DNA from: Lysobacterales bacterium
GTDB lineage: Bacteria; Pseudomonadota; Gammaproteobacteria; Xanthomonadales; Rhodanobacteraceae
Assembly: GCA_017302215.1 (NCBI GenBank)
Contig: JAFLDX010000001.1
Span: 517-64,516, forward strand
DNA length: 64,000 nucleotides
Direction of reading: 5' to 3'
Each line of letters begins with the position of its first letter. Positions within the stretch are counted from its first letter, which is position 1. This document shows positions 33,809 to 44,227 of the stretch, piece by piece. The translations under genes were made by a program, and so were the position numbers. The notes below the pieces were generated by a model. That model was not told where the DNA came from and made no database searches. It was given only the letters and a program-made list of their open reading frames with translations.

Positions 33809-34126
33809 ATGGACATCCTCGAACGCATCAAGTCGACCGTCGACTCCGCTCCGGTCGTCCTTTTCATGAAGGGCACGCCGCAGTTCCCGATGTGCGGGTT
33901 CTCTAGCAGGACGGCAAAAGTGCTGCGCACGATCGGTGCACCTTTCGTATCGGTCAACGTGCTCGAGGATCCGGAGGTGAGGGCGAACCTCCCGCGCTAC
34001 TCGAACTGGCCGACGTTTCCGCAGCTTTTCATCAATGGCGAATTGATCGGCGGCTGCGACATCACGCTCGAGCTGTACGAGAGCGGCGAACTCGAGCGCA
34101 TCATCCGCGACATCCACAAGGCGTGA
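33809..34126 (+). CDS. grxD: Monothiol glutaredoxin (Grx4 family)
   Basis: VVLFMKGTPQFPMCGFS...WPTFPQLFINGELIGGCDI has the CGFS active site. Confidence 0.93.
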   Translation: MDILERIKSTVDSAPVVLFMKGTPQFPMCGFSSRTAKVLRTIGAPFVSVNVLEDPEVRANLPRYSNWPTFPQLFINGELIGGCDITLELYESGELERIIRDIHKA

Positions 34127-34899
34127 GCATGCCGCTTCCGCTGGTCCGCGTGGCCGAAGCCGCGGCCGCCGCGGAATCGTTGCGCGGTCGTGTCGTGCTG
34201 GTCACCGGTGCGACCGGGGGACTCGGGCGCGCCGTATCGCTTGCCTGCGCTAGCGCGGGTGCGACGGTCATCCTCGCGGGTCGCAAGGTGCGCGCGCTCG
34301 AAGAGGTCCACGACGCGATCGCCGAGGCCGGCGGACCGGCGCCGGCGATCTATCCGCTCAACCTGGAAGGGGCGACGCCCGACGACTACGACGCGCTGGC
34401 CGAAGCGGTCCGCCAGCAGTGCGGCGGGCTCGATGGCATCGTGCATGCCGCGGCGCACTTCGAAGGCCTGCGCACGATCGCGCAGACCCAGCCGATCGAC
34501 TGGTTGCGTGCCGAGCAGGTCGGGCTCAACGCGCCGTTCCTGCTGACCCGCGCGTGCCTTCCTTTGCTGCAGGCGTGCCGCGACTCGGCGGTCGTTTTCG
34601 TCGTCGACGATCCCGATCGGATCGGCAGGGCCTACTGGGGCAGCTACGGCGTGGCCAAGTTCGCGCTCGCCGGGCTGGCGTCGATCCTGCACGAGGAAAC
34701 CTCGGGAAGCTCCTTGCGCGTGCATGCACTTCTGCCCGCACCCATGCGCACCGCGCTGCGCCGCATGGCCTACTTCGGGGAGGACACCTCGATGCGTCCG
34801 AGTCCGCAGTCTGCCGGAGACGCCGTGGCATTCCTGCTCGGTGACGGCGGTCGGGGCCTGCGCGGCATGACCCTCGACCTGAGGTCGGAACGAGACTAG
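34123..34899 (+). CDS. YciK-like short-chain dehydrogenase/reductase
   Basis: VVLVTGATGGLGRA Rossmann motif and Y...K (YGVAK) catalytic motif; alternative ATG at 34129. Confidence 0.8.
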   Translation: MSMPLPLVRVAEAAAAAESLRGRVVLVTGATGGLGRAVSLACASAGATVILAGRKVRALEEVHDAIAEAGGPAPAIYPLNLEGATPDDYDALAEAVRQQCGGLDGIVHAAAHFEGLRTIAQTQPIDWLRAEQVGLNAPFLLTRACLPLLQACRDSAVVFVVDDPDRIGRAYWGSYGVAKFALAGLASILHEETSGSSLRVHALLPAPMRTALRRMAYFGEDTSMRPSPQSAGDAVAFLLGDGGRGLRGMTLDLRSERD

Positions 34900-34939
34900 C
34901 CGGGATGCGCATCGACGACGAGCCGGGCGGGAGGATGCG

Positions 34940-35536
34940 ATGAGCACGGTGTCGGCCGGAATCCTGTTGTTCCTGATCATGGATCCGCTCGGGAACATCC
35001 CGCTGTTCCTGAGCCTGCTCAAGCATGTCGCGCCCGAGCGGCGACGCTTCGTGCTGATCCGCGAACTGCTGATCGCGCTGGTCGTCCTGTTCGTGTTCCT
35101 GTTCTGCGGGAAGTACCTGCTCGAACTGCTGCAGATCAAGCGCGAATCGGTCGGCATCGCCGGGGGCATCGTGTTGTTCCTGATCGGCATCCGCATGATC
35201 TTTCCCCCGAAGGACGGCATCTTTGGCGATGCCGGCGGCGAGCCGTTCATCGTGCCGATGGCGATCCCGGCCGTCGCCGGCCCGTCGACCATGGCGGCGG
35301 TCATGCTGCTCGCCAACAGCCACCCCGGCCGCACGGCGGACTGGAGCATCGCGCTCTTCCTGGCCTGGCTGGCGACGGCGCTCATCCTCGTTTCGTCGAC
35401 GTACCTGTATCGCTGGCTGGGCCACAGCGTGCTGGTCGCCCTCGAGCGCCTCATGGGCATGCTGCTCGTCGCGCTGTCGGTGCAGATGTTCCTCGACGGC
35501 ATCGTCGCCTACGTCAATCCGGCGCTGACGCACTGA
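34940..35536 (+). CDS. MarC/UPF0056-family inner membrane protein
   Basis: 198 aa with multiple TM segments; the FLIMDPLGNIPLFLSLL motif is typical of MarC/YhgN. Confidence 0.85.
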   Translation: MSTVSAGILLFLIMDPLGNIPLFLSLLKHVAPERRRFVLIRELLIALVVLFVFLFCGKYLLELLQIKRESVGIAGGIVLFLIGIRMIFPPKDGIFGDAGGEPFIVPMAIPAVAGPSTMAAVMLLANSHPGRTADWSIALFLAWLATALILVSSTYLYRWLGHSVLVALERLMGMLLVALSVQMFLDGIVAYVNPALTH

Positions 35537-35898
35537 CGTGCTCGCGCTCGCCCGACTTGAAGAAGATTCCGCGCAGATTCCGGCAAACCATTGATTGGCG
35601 TGATTCGGGCGCGTTGAAGAAACGGGATAGTGGCGGATCATGTGACGCCGCGTCGTGCGCGCCGGACGCTCCCGCCGCACGGCATCCCGTCGATGTTAGA
35701 AATCCGTCATGAAGTCGGGTTAAACTGCGGTTAACGATGCACCCGCAAGCGGGCAGGGGATTGCTCCGGCTGCATGCCGGTCTGCCGCAAGAACGACATC
35801 GAACGATCAGCCATTGCCATCGACAGCCATGCGCCTCGCGCATCCGCTGCACGAGGCGCGCGCGTACCCGAATGCCTTCAACCGAGAGGATGGTAGTG

Positions 35899-38800
35899 AT
35901 GACCAAGCGACTGACGAAGCGGCTGCTTCCGCTGATGCTTACCTCGCTTTTCGCCGTGTCCGGCGCGTATGCGCAGAACACGTCTTCGGCCTTGAGCGGT
36001 CGCGTCGTCGACGCTGCCGGCCAGCCGGTGGGCGGAGCCTCGGTGCAGATCCTGCACGTCCCCTCGGGCACGGTTTCGACCGTCACGACGAACGCGGAAG
36101 GCCGCTACCAGGCCCAGGGCCTGCGCGTCGGCGGTCCGTACCGTGTCGTCGCCGAAAACAAGGGCGTCACCGTTTCCGCCGATGACGTCTACCTGCGCCT
36201 TGCGGAGACGACCACGATCAATCTGGTGGAAGAGGCGACCGAAGGCCAGCTCGACACGATCACGGTCACCGCGAATGCGCTGTCGGAAACGTTCTCGGCC
36301 GACAACAAGGGCGTCGGCACCAATCTTTCGCAGCGCGAACTGATCGCCATGCCGCAACCGGATCGCTCGATCCAGAATGTCGTGCGCGCCGATCCGCGCA
36401 TCGTCGTCACCGATCGCGATCGCGGCGCGTTCTCGGCTGCCGGCCAGAACTTCCGCTACAACTCGATCACGGTCGACACGGTCAATGCGGGCGACCCGTT
36501 CGGTCTCAACGACAACGGCCTGCCGACCCTCGGCAGTCCGATCTCGCCGGATGCGATCGAGGAGTACAACATTTCGACCGCGAACTACGACGTGACCTCG
36601 CGCCGCGGCGTCGGCGCCAGCGTCAACGCCGTGACGAAGAGCGGCACGAACGAGTTCAAGGGTTCCGCGTACTACGCCTACCAGAACTCCGAGGACATGG
36701 TCGGCGAGAACGCTGCCGGCAACGACTGGACCGGCTATTCGAGCAAGTACACGGCCGGCGCCACGTTCGGCGGCCCGATCGTCGAGGACACGCTGTTCTT
36801 CTTCCTGTCGTATGAAGAGAGCAGCCAGAAGTCGCCTGGAGCGGTCTGGGGTCCCGAAGGTTCGGGTGCAACGAACATCGTGCAGGGCCTGACCCAGTCG
36901 ATGGTCGACCAGGTCATTGCCGCCGCGGCGACGTACGGCATCGACGCCGGCAGCACCGCCGCCTCGAACGTCGACCTCGAGAGCAAGCGCGGCCTCGTCA
37001 AGATCGACTGGAACATCAATGCGGCGCACCGCGCGAGCTTCCGCGCCAGCCGCACCGAGGAAACCCAGCCGGTCATCGTGGTCGGCGCGAGCAACCGCCT
37101 CAACCTGTCGAGCAACTGGTACCTGTTCGACAAGGAGAACACGAGCTACGCGTTGAGCCTGTACGACGACTGGACCGACACCTTCTCGACCGAAGCGTCG
37201 ATCGGCTACAACAAGTTCGACCAGACCCGCGGCCCGCTCGTCGGCGGCTACCAGCCGGCGATCACGGTGCGCATGGGCGGCGAATCGGGCGTGCCGAGCG
37301 TCGTGCTCGGCACCGAAGTCAGCTCGCAGGCCAACGTGCTCGGCGTCGAGACGTGGAACGGCTACTTCGCCGGCAACTGGTTCCTCGGCGACCACACGGT
37401 CAAGGCCGGTTTCGACTACCAGAAGGACGACTACTACAACCTGTTCCTGCAGCGCTACAACGGCGACTACGAGTTCAACTCGATCGCCGATTTCCTCAGT
37501 GGTACCTATCGGCGCTATCGCGTGAACCAGCCGGCGCCGGGCTATTCGCTCAACAACGTCGCCGCCGTGTTCGACCTTCGCCAGTGGGGTTTCTTCGTGC
37601 AGGATACGTGGCAGGCCAGCGATCGCCTGTCGATCCAGTACGGCCTCCGCTACGACCTGCCGCAACTCGGCGTCGATCCGACCTACAACCCCTGCTTCGC
37701 CTCCGATCCGGGCACGCTCGGCACGATCGACGGCGTCTGCGGCCTGCGCCGCAGCACGACCAACCCGAACGCGGCCTACGGCGGCTACGGTTTCAGCAAC
37801 CAGAGCACGATCGACGGCAACGGCGTCGTGCAGCCGCGTTTCAGCGCCAACTACGCACTCGATACCGAGCGCATGACCCAGGTCCGCGGTGGCGCCGGCA
37901 TGTTCATCTCGAACACGCCGGGCGTGTGGATTGCCAACCCGTACTCGAACAACGGCGTCGCCGTCGCCCAGTACGATGTCAACCGCCTGCGTACCCCGAC
38001 CGATCCGGTGTTCAGCCCGGATCCGTTCGACCAGGACACCGGCACGCGCACGCTGCCGGGCCTCGGCTCGTCGTCGATGGGCGTCGACCTCGTCGACAAG
38101 GATTTCGAGCTGCCGACGGTGTTCAAGTTCACGCTCGGCGTCGACCACGAACTGCCGTGGCTGGGACTGATCGCGACGGCCGAGTACCAGAAGCTCGATG
38201 TCTACCGCGGCATCTGGTACCAGCACCTCAACCTCGGTGCGCCGACCGGCACGCTGCCGGACGGACGCCTCGCCTACTCGCGTGACCCCAATGCCGCTCC
38301 GGGCAGCAGCAACACGACGCGCTGGAACGCCAATCCTTCGTTCGGCACGGTCACCTACCTGACCAACACGAAGAAGGGTGGTTCGGACAGCGTCACCCTC
38401 TCGCTCAAGAAGCCGTTCGAGGACAACTGGTCCGGCATGCTCGGCTTCACCTGGACGCGCGCGACCGACGTCAACCCGGGCACCTCGAGCGTCGCCAACT
38501 CGAGCTTCCTCAATCGCGCCTGGTACAACCCGAACGACGACTACGAGTCGACCTCGAACTACGACGTGCCGCGCCGCGTGATCGCCCAACTCACCTGGAG
38601 CAAGGCGCTGTTCGGCGACTACAACACGTCGATCAGCGGCTTCTTCGACGGCCATTCGGGCACGCCGTACAGCTGGACCTTCGGCAATGACGTCAACGGC
38701 GACAGCTACGTCAACGACCTTGCCTACATTCCTGCGTCGATCGACGACGTGGCCTGGGCCGCAGCCGTCACGCCGCAGATGCAGCAGCAGTTCATGGACT

Positions 38801-39195
38801 ACATCAACAACGACCAGTACCTGAGCGACTACCGCGGCAAGATCTTCAAGCGCAACAAGGCGCGCGCGCCGTGGATCAACCAGCTCGACGTCAGCTTCCG
38901 CCAGGAGTTCCCGGGCTTCTTCAAGGGCAACAAGGCCGAGTTCCGCCTCGACATCTTCAACTTCACCAACCTGCTCAACAAGGATTGGGGTGTCGAGCAG
39001 CGTGCCGACTTCCCGCTGCGCCGCAACCTCGCCGACGTGCGTGGCGTCGATGCCCAGGGTCGTTACATCTATGACATCTCGGGTTCGCAGTACAACCAGG
39101 GCGGCAACTACTCGCCGGCCGCACTGCCGGTCAACGAGTCGTTCAACCCGTCGCAGCGCTGGTCGGTCATGGCCACGGTGCGCTACTCGTTCTGA
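35899..39195 (+). CDS. Oar-like TonB-dependent outer-membrane receptor (CarboxypepD_reg domain, plug and barrel)
   Basis: Signal peptide ...FAVSGAYA-QN; SGRVVDAAGQPVGGASVQILHVPSGT...GRYQAQGLRVGGPY; terminal aromatic ...TVRYSF; GAGAGGA RBS. Confidence 0.9.
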   Translation: MTKRLTKRLLPLMLTSLFAVSGAYAQNTSSALSGRVVDAAGQPVGGASVQILHVPSGTVSTVTTNAEGRYQAQGLRVGGPYRVVAENKGVTVSADDVYLRLAETTTINLVEEATEGQLDTITVTANALSETFSADNKGVGTNLSQRELIAMPQPDRSIQNVVRADPRIVVTDRDRGAFSAAGQNFRYNSITVDTVNAGDPFGLNDNGLPTLGSPISPDAIEEYNISTANYDVTSRRGVGASVNAVTKSGTNEFKGSAYYAYQNSEDMVGENAAGNDWTGYSSKYTAGATFGGPIVEDTLFFFLSYEESSQKSPGAVWGPEGSGATNIVQGLTQSMVDQVIAAAATYGIDAGSTAASNVDLESKRGLVKIDWNINAAHRASFRASRTEETQPVIVVGASNRLNLSSNWYLFDKENTSYALSLYDDWTDTFSTEASIGYNKFDQTRGPLVGGYQPAITVRMGGESGVPSVVLGTEVSSQANVLGVETWNGYFAGNWFLGDHTVKAGFDYQKDDYYNLFLQRYNGDYEFNSIADFLSGTYRRYRVNQPAPGYSLNNVAAVFDLRQWGFFVQDTWQASDRLSIQYGLRYDLPQLGVDPTYNPCFASDPGTLGTIDGVCGLRRSTTNPNAAYGGYGFSNQSTIDGNGVVQPRFSANYALDTERMTQVRGGAGMFISNTPGVWIANPYSNNGVAVAQYDVNRLRTPTDPVFSPDPFDQDTGTRTLPGLGSSSMGVDLVDKDFELPTVFKFTLGVDHELPWLGLIATAEYQKLDVYRGIWYQHLNLGAPTGTLPDGRLAYSRDPNAAPGSSNTTRWNANPSFGTVTYLTNTKKGGSDSVTLSLKKPFEDNWSGMLGFTWTRATDVNPGTSSVANSSFLNRAWYNPNDDYESTSNYDVPRRVIAQLTWSKALFGDYNTSISGFFDGHSGTPYSWTFGNDVNGDSYVNDLAYIPASIDDVAWAAAVTPQMQQQFMDYINNDQYLSDYRGKIFKRNKARAPWINQLDVSFRQEFPGFFKGNKAEFRLDIFNFTNLLNKDWGVEQRADFPLRRNLADVRGVDAQGRYIYDISGSQYNQGGNYSPAALPVNESFNPSQRWSVMATVRYSF

Positions 39196-39223
39196 TCCAT
39201 CGTTCCAGCCCGCGACACCCGGA

Positions 39224-39254
39224 CCGGCGCCCGCGAGGGCGCCGGTTTTCTTTT
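39224..39254 (+). terminator. Rho-independent terminator after the TonB-dependent receptor
   Basis: CCGGCGCCC-GCGA-GGGCGCCGG followed by TTTTCTTTT. Confidence 0.75.
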
Positions 39255-39385
39255 GCGCGCAGGTCATCCGCAGTTGACCCCGGCCGCGGCGATCGCCGAT
39301 GCTAGCCGGTCAACAACGCCGGTCTCGGGCACATCCCAGGGATGGAGGCACCGCCGACCGCACAGGGACAGCTGAACGGACCACC

Positions 39386-40783
39386 ATGAATCCAGCACAC
39401 CAGCCACTGCCTCGCCCGGCCACCGTCAGTGCGCGCATCGCACCGGCCGCCGGCCTCGACGTGCTCTCCCGCCACGAAGTCGCCCGACTTCGCGACGCCA
39501 GCTCGGGCGGTTTGCACCAGCTGCTGCGGCGCTGTGCGCTCGCCGTGCTCACCCAGGGTCACGTCAGCGATGACCCGCGCACCGTGGTCGAGCTGTTCGC
39601 CGACTTCGAGATCAACGTGCTGCAGCAGGATCGCGGCATCCGGCTCGAACTGATCAATGCGCCGGCCAATGCATTCGTCGACGGCAAGATCATCCGCGGC
39701 ATCAATGAACTGCTGTTCGCGGTCGTGCGCGACATCGTGTTCGTGGCGACCCAGCTCGAGGCCGGCAGCTTCGACCTCGACGACTCCAGCGGCATCACCC
39801 ATGCGGTCTTCGACATCCTGCGCAACGCGCGCGTGCTGCGCGCGAACGTCGATCCGAACCTCGTCGTCTGCTGGGGCGGGCATTCGATCTCGCGCGACGA
39901 GTACGAGTACACCAAGCAGGTGGGCTACCAGCTCGGCCTGCGCGGCCACGACATCTGCACGGGCTGCGGCCCAGGCGCGATGAAGGGGCCGATGAAGGGC
40001 GCGACGATTGCGCACGCCAAGCAGCGGCGGCGCGCGAACCGCTACATCGGCATCACCGAGCCCGGCATCATCGCGGCGGAGTCGCCGAACCCGATCGTCA
40101 ACAACCTCGTGATCATGCCGGACATCGAGAAGCGCCTCGAGGCGTTCGTGCGCACGGCTCACGCCATCATCGTGTTCCCGGGCGGAGTCGGCACGGCCGA
40201 GGAAATCCTCTACATGCTCGGCATCCTGCTGCATCCGGACAATGCGGATATCCCGTTCCCGCTCATCTTCACGGGCCCGAGGGCGTCTGCAGCCTACTTC
40301 GAGCAGATCGACCGTTTCCTGCGCCTCGCCCTCGGCGACGACGTGGCCCAGCGCTACCAGATCATCATCGACGACCCGACCCTGGTAGCGCGCCATGTCG
40401 GCAAGGGCATCGAGCGCGTGAGGCACCATCGCCTCGACAACAAGGATGCATTCTTCTTCAATTGGGCGCTGCACATCGATGAGGTCTTCCAGCGCCCGTT
40501 CCGCCCGACCCACGATGCGATGGCCGGGCTGAACCTGCATCGCGACCAGCCGCGGCACCTGTTCGCCGCCGACCTGCGCCGCGCGTTCTCCGGCATCGTC
40601 GCCGGCAACGTCAAGCTCGAGGGCATGCGGGCGATCGAGCAACATGGCCCGTTCCCGATCCGCGGCGACGGCGAGGTCATGCAGGCGCTCGACGCGCTGC
40701 TGGCCAGTTTCGTCGGCCAGCAGCGCATGAAGCTGCCGGGCGGGACGGCCTACGTGCCGTGCTACCGCGTGCTCGTCGACTGA
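39386..40783 (+). CDS. ppnN: Nucleotide 5'-monophosphate nucleosidase PpnN (LOG family, YgdH-like)
   Basis: Near-colinear with E. coli PpnN as remembered: VVCWGGHSI...CTGCGPGAMKGPMKGA...MPDIEKRLEAFVR...FPGGVGTAEE...AADLRRAFSGIVAGNVK...MKLPG. Confidence 0.9.
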   Translation: MNPAHQPLPRPATVSARIAPAAGLDVLSRHEVARLRDASSGGLHQLLRRCALAVLTQGHVSDDPRTVVELFADFEINVLQQDRGIRLELINAPANAFVDGKIIRGINELLFAVVRDIVFVATQLEAGSFDLDDSSGITHAVFDILRNARVLRANVDPNLVVCWGGHSISRDEYEYTKQVGYQLGLRGHDICTGCGPGAMKGPMKGATIAHAKQRRRANRYIGITEPGIIAAESPNPIVNNLVIMPDIEKRLEAFVRTAHAIIVFPGGVGTAEEILYMLGILLHPDNADIPFPLIFTGPRASAAYFEQIDRFLRLALGDDVAQRYQIIIDDPTLVARHVGKGIERVRHHRLDNKDAFFFNWALHIDEVFQRPFRPTHDAMAGLNLHRDQPRHLFAADLRRAFSGIVAGNVKLEGMRAIEQHGPFPIRGDGEVMQALDALLASFVGQQRMKLPGGTAYVPCYRVLVD

Positions 40784-40810
40784 GCACGACCGCCATCGCG
40801 AAACGAAAAA

Positions 40811-40832
40811 GGGCCTGCATCGCTGCAGGCCC
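40811..40832. terminator. Bidirectional hairpin terminator between ppnN and tRNA-Asn
   Basis: GGGCCTGCA-TCGC-TGCAGGCCC. It is flanked by an A-run on the plus strand (TTTTTCGTTT when read on the minus strand) and by TTCGTTC on the plus side. Confidence 0.75.
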
Positions 40833-40842
40833 TTCGTTCATC

Positions 40843-40919
40843 TGGCGCCCGAAGTTGGACTCGAACCAACGACCCCCTGATTAACAGTCAAGTGCTCTAA
40901 CCAGCTGAGCTATTCGGGC
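40843..40919 (-). tRNA. tRNA-Asn (anticodon GTT)
   Basis: The reverse complement folds as a cloverleaf: GCCCGAA/TTCGGGC acceptor, anticodon stem CTTGA/TCAGG with loop CTGTTAA, GTTCGAGTC T-loop, encoded CCA. Confidence 0.93.
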
Positions 40920-40928
40920 TAGCCGCGC

Positions 40929-40957
40929 ATTTTCTTGGCTGCGGGGCGGATCGTCAA
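40929..40957 (-). promoter_or_regulatory. Candidate sigma70 promoter for tRNA-Asn (TTGACG-17 bp-GAAAAT)
   Basis: The minus strand reads TTGACG, a 17-nt spacer, GAAAAT, then a GC-rich 8-nt discriminator before the tRNA 5' end. Confidence 0.4.
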
Positions 40958-40977
40958 GTGCGAGGGCCGGCGGCGCC

Positions 40978-41535
40978 TCAGCGCCCCACGGCGGCGCAGG
41001 CGGTGGCGGCCTGGGCCGCGTTGGCCGGTCCGCTGCGCACGCGTCCGGCGTTGTTGATCACGAGCACGCGTGCATGGGCGGCCCCGCGGCGGTCACAAAC
41101 CGCCAGGGTGGCATTGCTGCCGTCGGAGGTGCCATCGGCGAGAAAGCGCAGCGTGCGCCTGCCGGTCGAGCCGACGATCGCCACGCCGGCGGCCTGGGCC
41201 TGGGCGACCGCGATGACGGTCTCGCCGGTGTCGGGGCGCCGGTTGCGATTGCGGTCGCGGAAGACCATCCAGCCGTGGTGCCACTGTACTTCGTTCGAGC
41301 ACGAAACCTGGTCGCGCGAGGGGCAGGCGACGACGTCGCCGCGCAGCATGACCGCCGAGGCGCGCGCCTGGGCGAGGCTCACGGTCAACTGGCTGCGCGC
41401 CGACTGCGAGGCCAGCGACTGGCCGGCGGTTCCGAACGCGGGAAGCGCGAGTCCGGCCAGGATGGCCAGTATGGCGATGGCGACGAGCAGTTCGATCAGG
41501 GTGACGCCCCGGTCGGGGTGGGTCGGAAAGGTCAT
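40978..41535 (-). CDS. fimT: FimT/GspH-family type IV minor pilin (pseudopilin)
   Basis: Prepilin leader [10 protein letters not shown] followed by [24 protein letters not shown] (Glu at +5). The 185-aa product is the real C-terminal part of the spurious 577-aa ORF 40978..42711. Confidence 0.8.
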   Translation of the reverse strand: MTFPTHPDRGVTLIELLVAIAILAILAGLALPAFGTAGQSLASQSARSQLTVSLAQARASAVMLRGDVVACPSRDQVSCSNEVQWHHGWMVFRDRNRNRRPDTGETVIAVAQAQAAGVAIVGSTGRRTLRFLADGTSDGSNATLAVCDRRGAAHARVLVINNAGRVRSGPANAAQAATACAAVGR

Positions 41536-41688
41536 GGCGGCATCCTGCCTTCGGGGTGTGGTGCATGCTGGGCGTGGCAAGCCGGCGTTGGCCATCGTCG
41601 ACGCGCGCTTGCATTTGTAGGAATTCGCCGACATCTCGGCGCAGCGTTGCCGATCGCCGACAATGGGTCGGCGCAGGAGGAAGCACGC

Positions 41689-43725
<2,037 letters not shown>

Positions 43726-43918
43726 TCGCATGCCCCATCGCCGGTTTTTCGCAGGAGCGCATCCCGCGCGCGATCCGGGCGTCGGGAAAGGCAGCGATCA
43801 CGCGCAGGGTGCGCGCCTGCGGGCAAGGCCGGGACGGGCCGATGCAGGGGCGAGCTTGCTCGGCTTTTCGCGCTTGTGCGCCGCCGCGGACTCGGTTAGT
43901 CTTCGCGCCCCGCTTCGC

Positions 43919-43993
43919 GGGCGCGTAGCTCAGCGGTAGAGCACTACCTTGACATGGTAGGGGTCACAGGTTCGATCCCTGTCGCGCCCACCA
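43919..43993 (+). tRNA. tRNA-Val (anticodon GAC)
   Basis: GGGCGCG/CGCGCCC acceptor, D-arm GCTC..GAGC, anticodon stem CTACC/GGTAG with loop TTGACAT, T-arm ACAGG-TTCGATC-CCTGT, CCA. Confidence 0.93.
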
Positions 43994-44180
43994 AACGAAG
44001 TCGCAGACGAGGCTCCGTTCGACGCAGTCACCCCCGTCGGTCGCGCCTCGACCCGATTCCAAGTCCGTTCCATCGTCGTCCATCAGCCTCCACGGAGTCG
44101 TAGTTCCAACGAACACGATCACCATGACGCGAACCTTCGACATCTGACGAAATCACGCACGAGGCGGGCCGGGATCTGGA

Positions 44181-44207
44181 AAGGGCGCTTCGGCGCCCTT
44201 TTGTTTT
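44181..44207 (+). terminator. Terminator-like hairpin in the thrS leader
   Basis: AAGGGCGC-TTCG-GCGCCCTT followed by TTGTTTT, ending 21 nt before the thrS ATG. Confidence 0.6.
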
Positions 44208-44227
44208 CCCGTTCGCGAGGTCGGTCC

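Noticed and set aside
35537-35898. Cobalamin or another known riboswitch upstream of the TonB-dependent receptor.
   Set aside because: I could not recognise a B12 box or other conserved riboswitch core, and Oar-type receptors are not typical cobalamin transporters.
44070-44100. Possible tRNA-Thr anticodon-arm mimic (GGAG-UCGUAG-UUCC) in the thrS leader, by analogy with the E. coli operator.
   Set aside because: The stem is only 3-4 bp with a 6-nt loop. This is too weak to call without covariation evidence.
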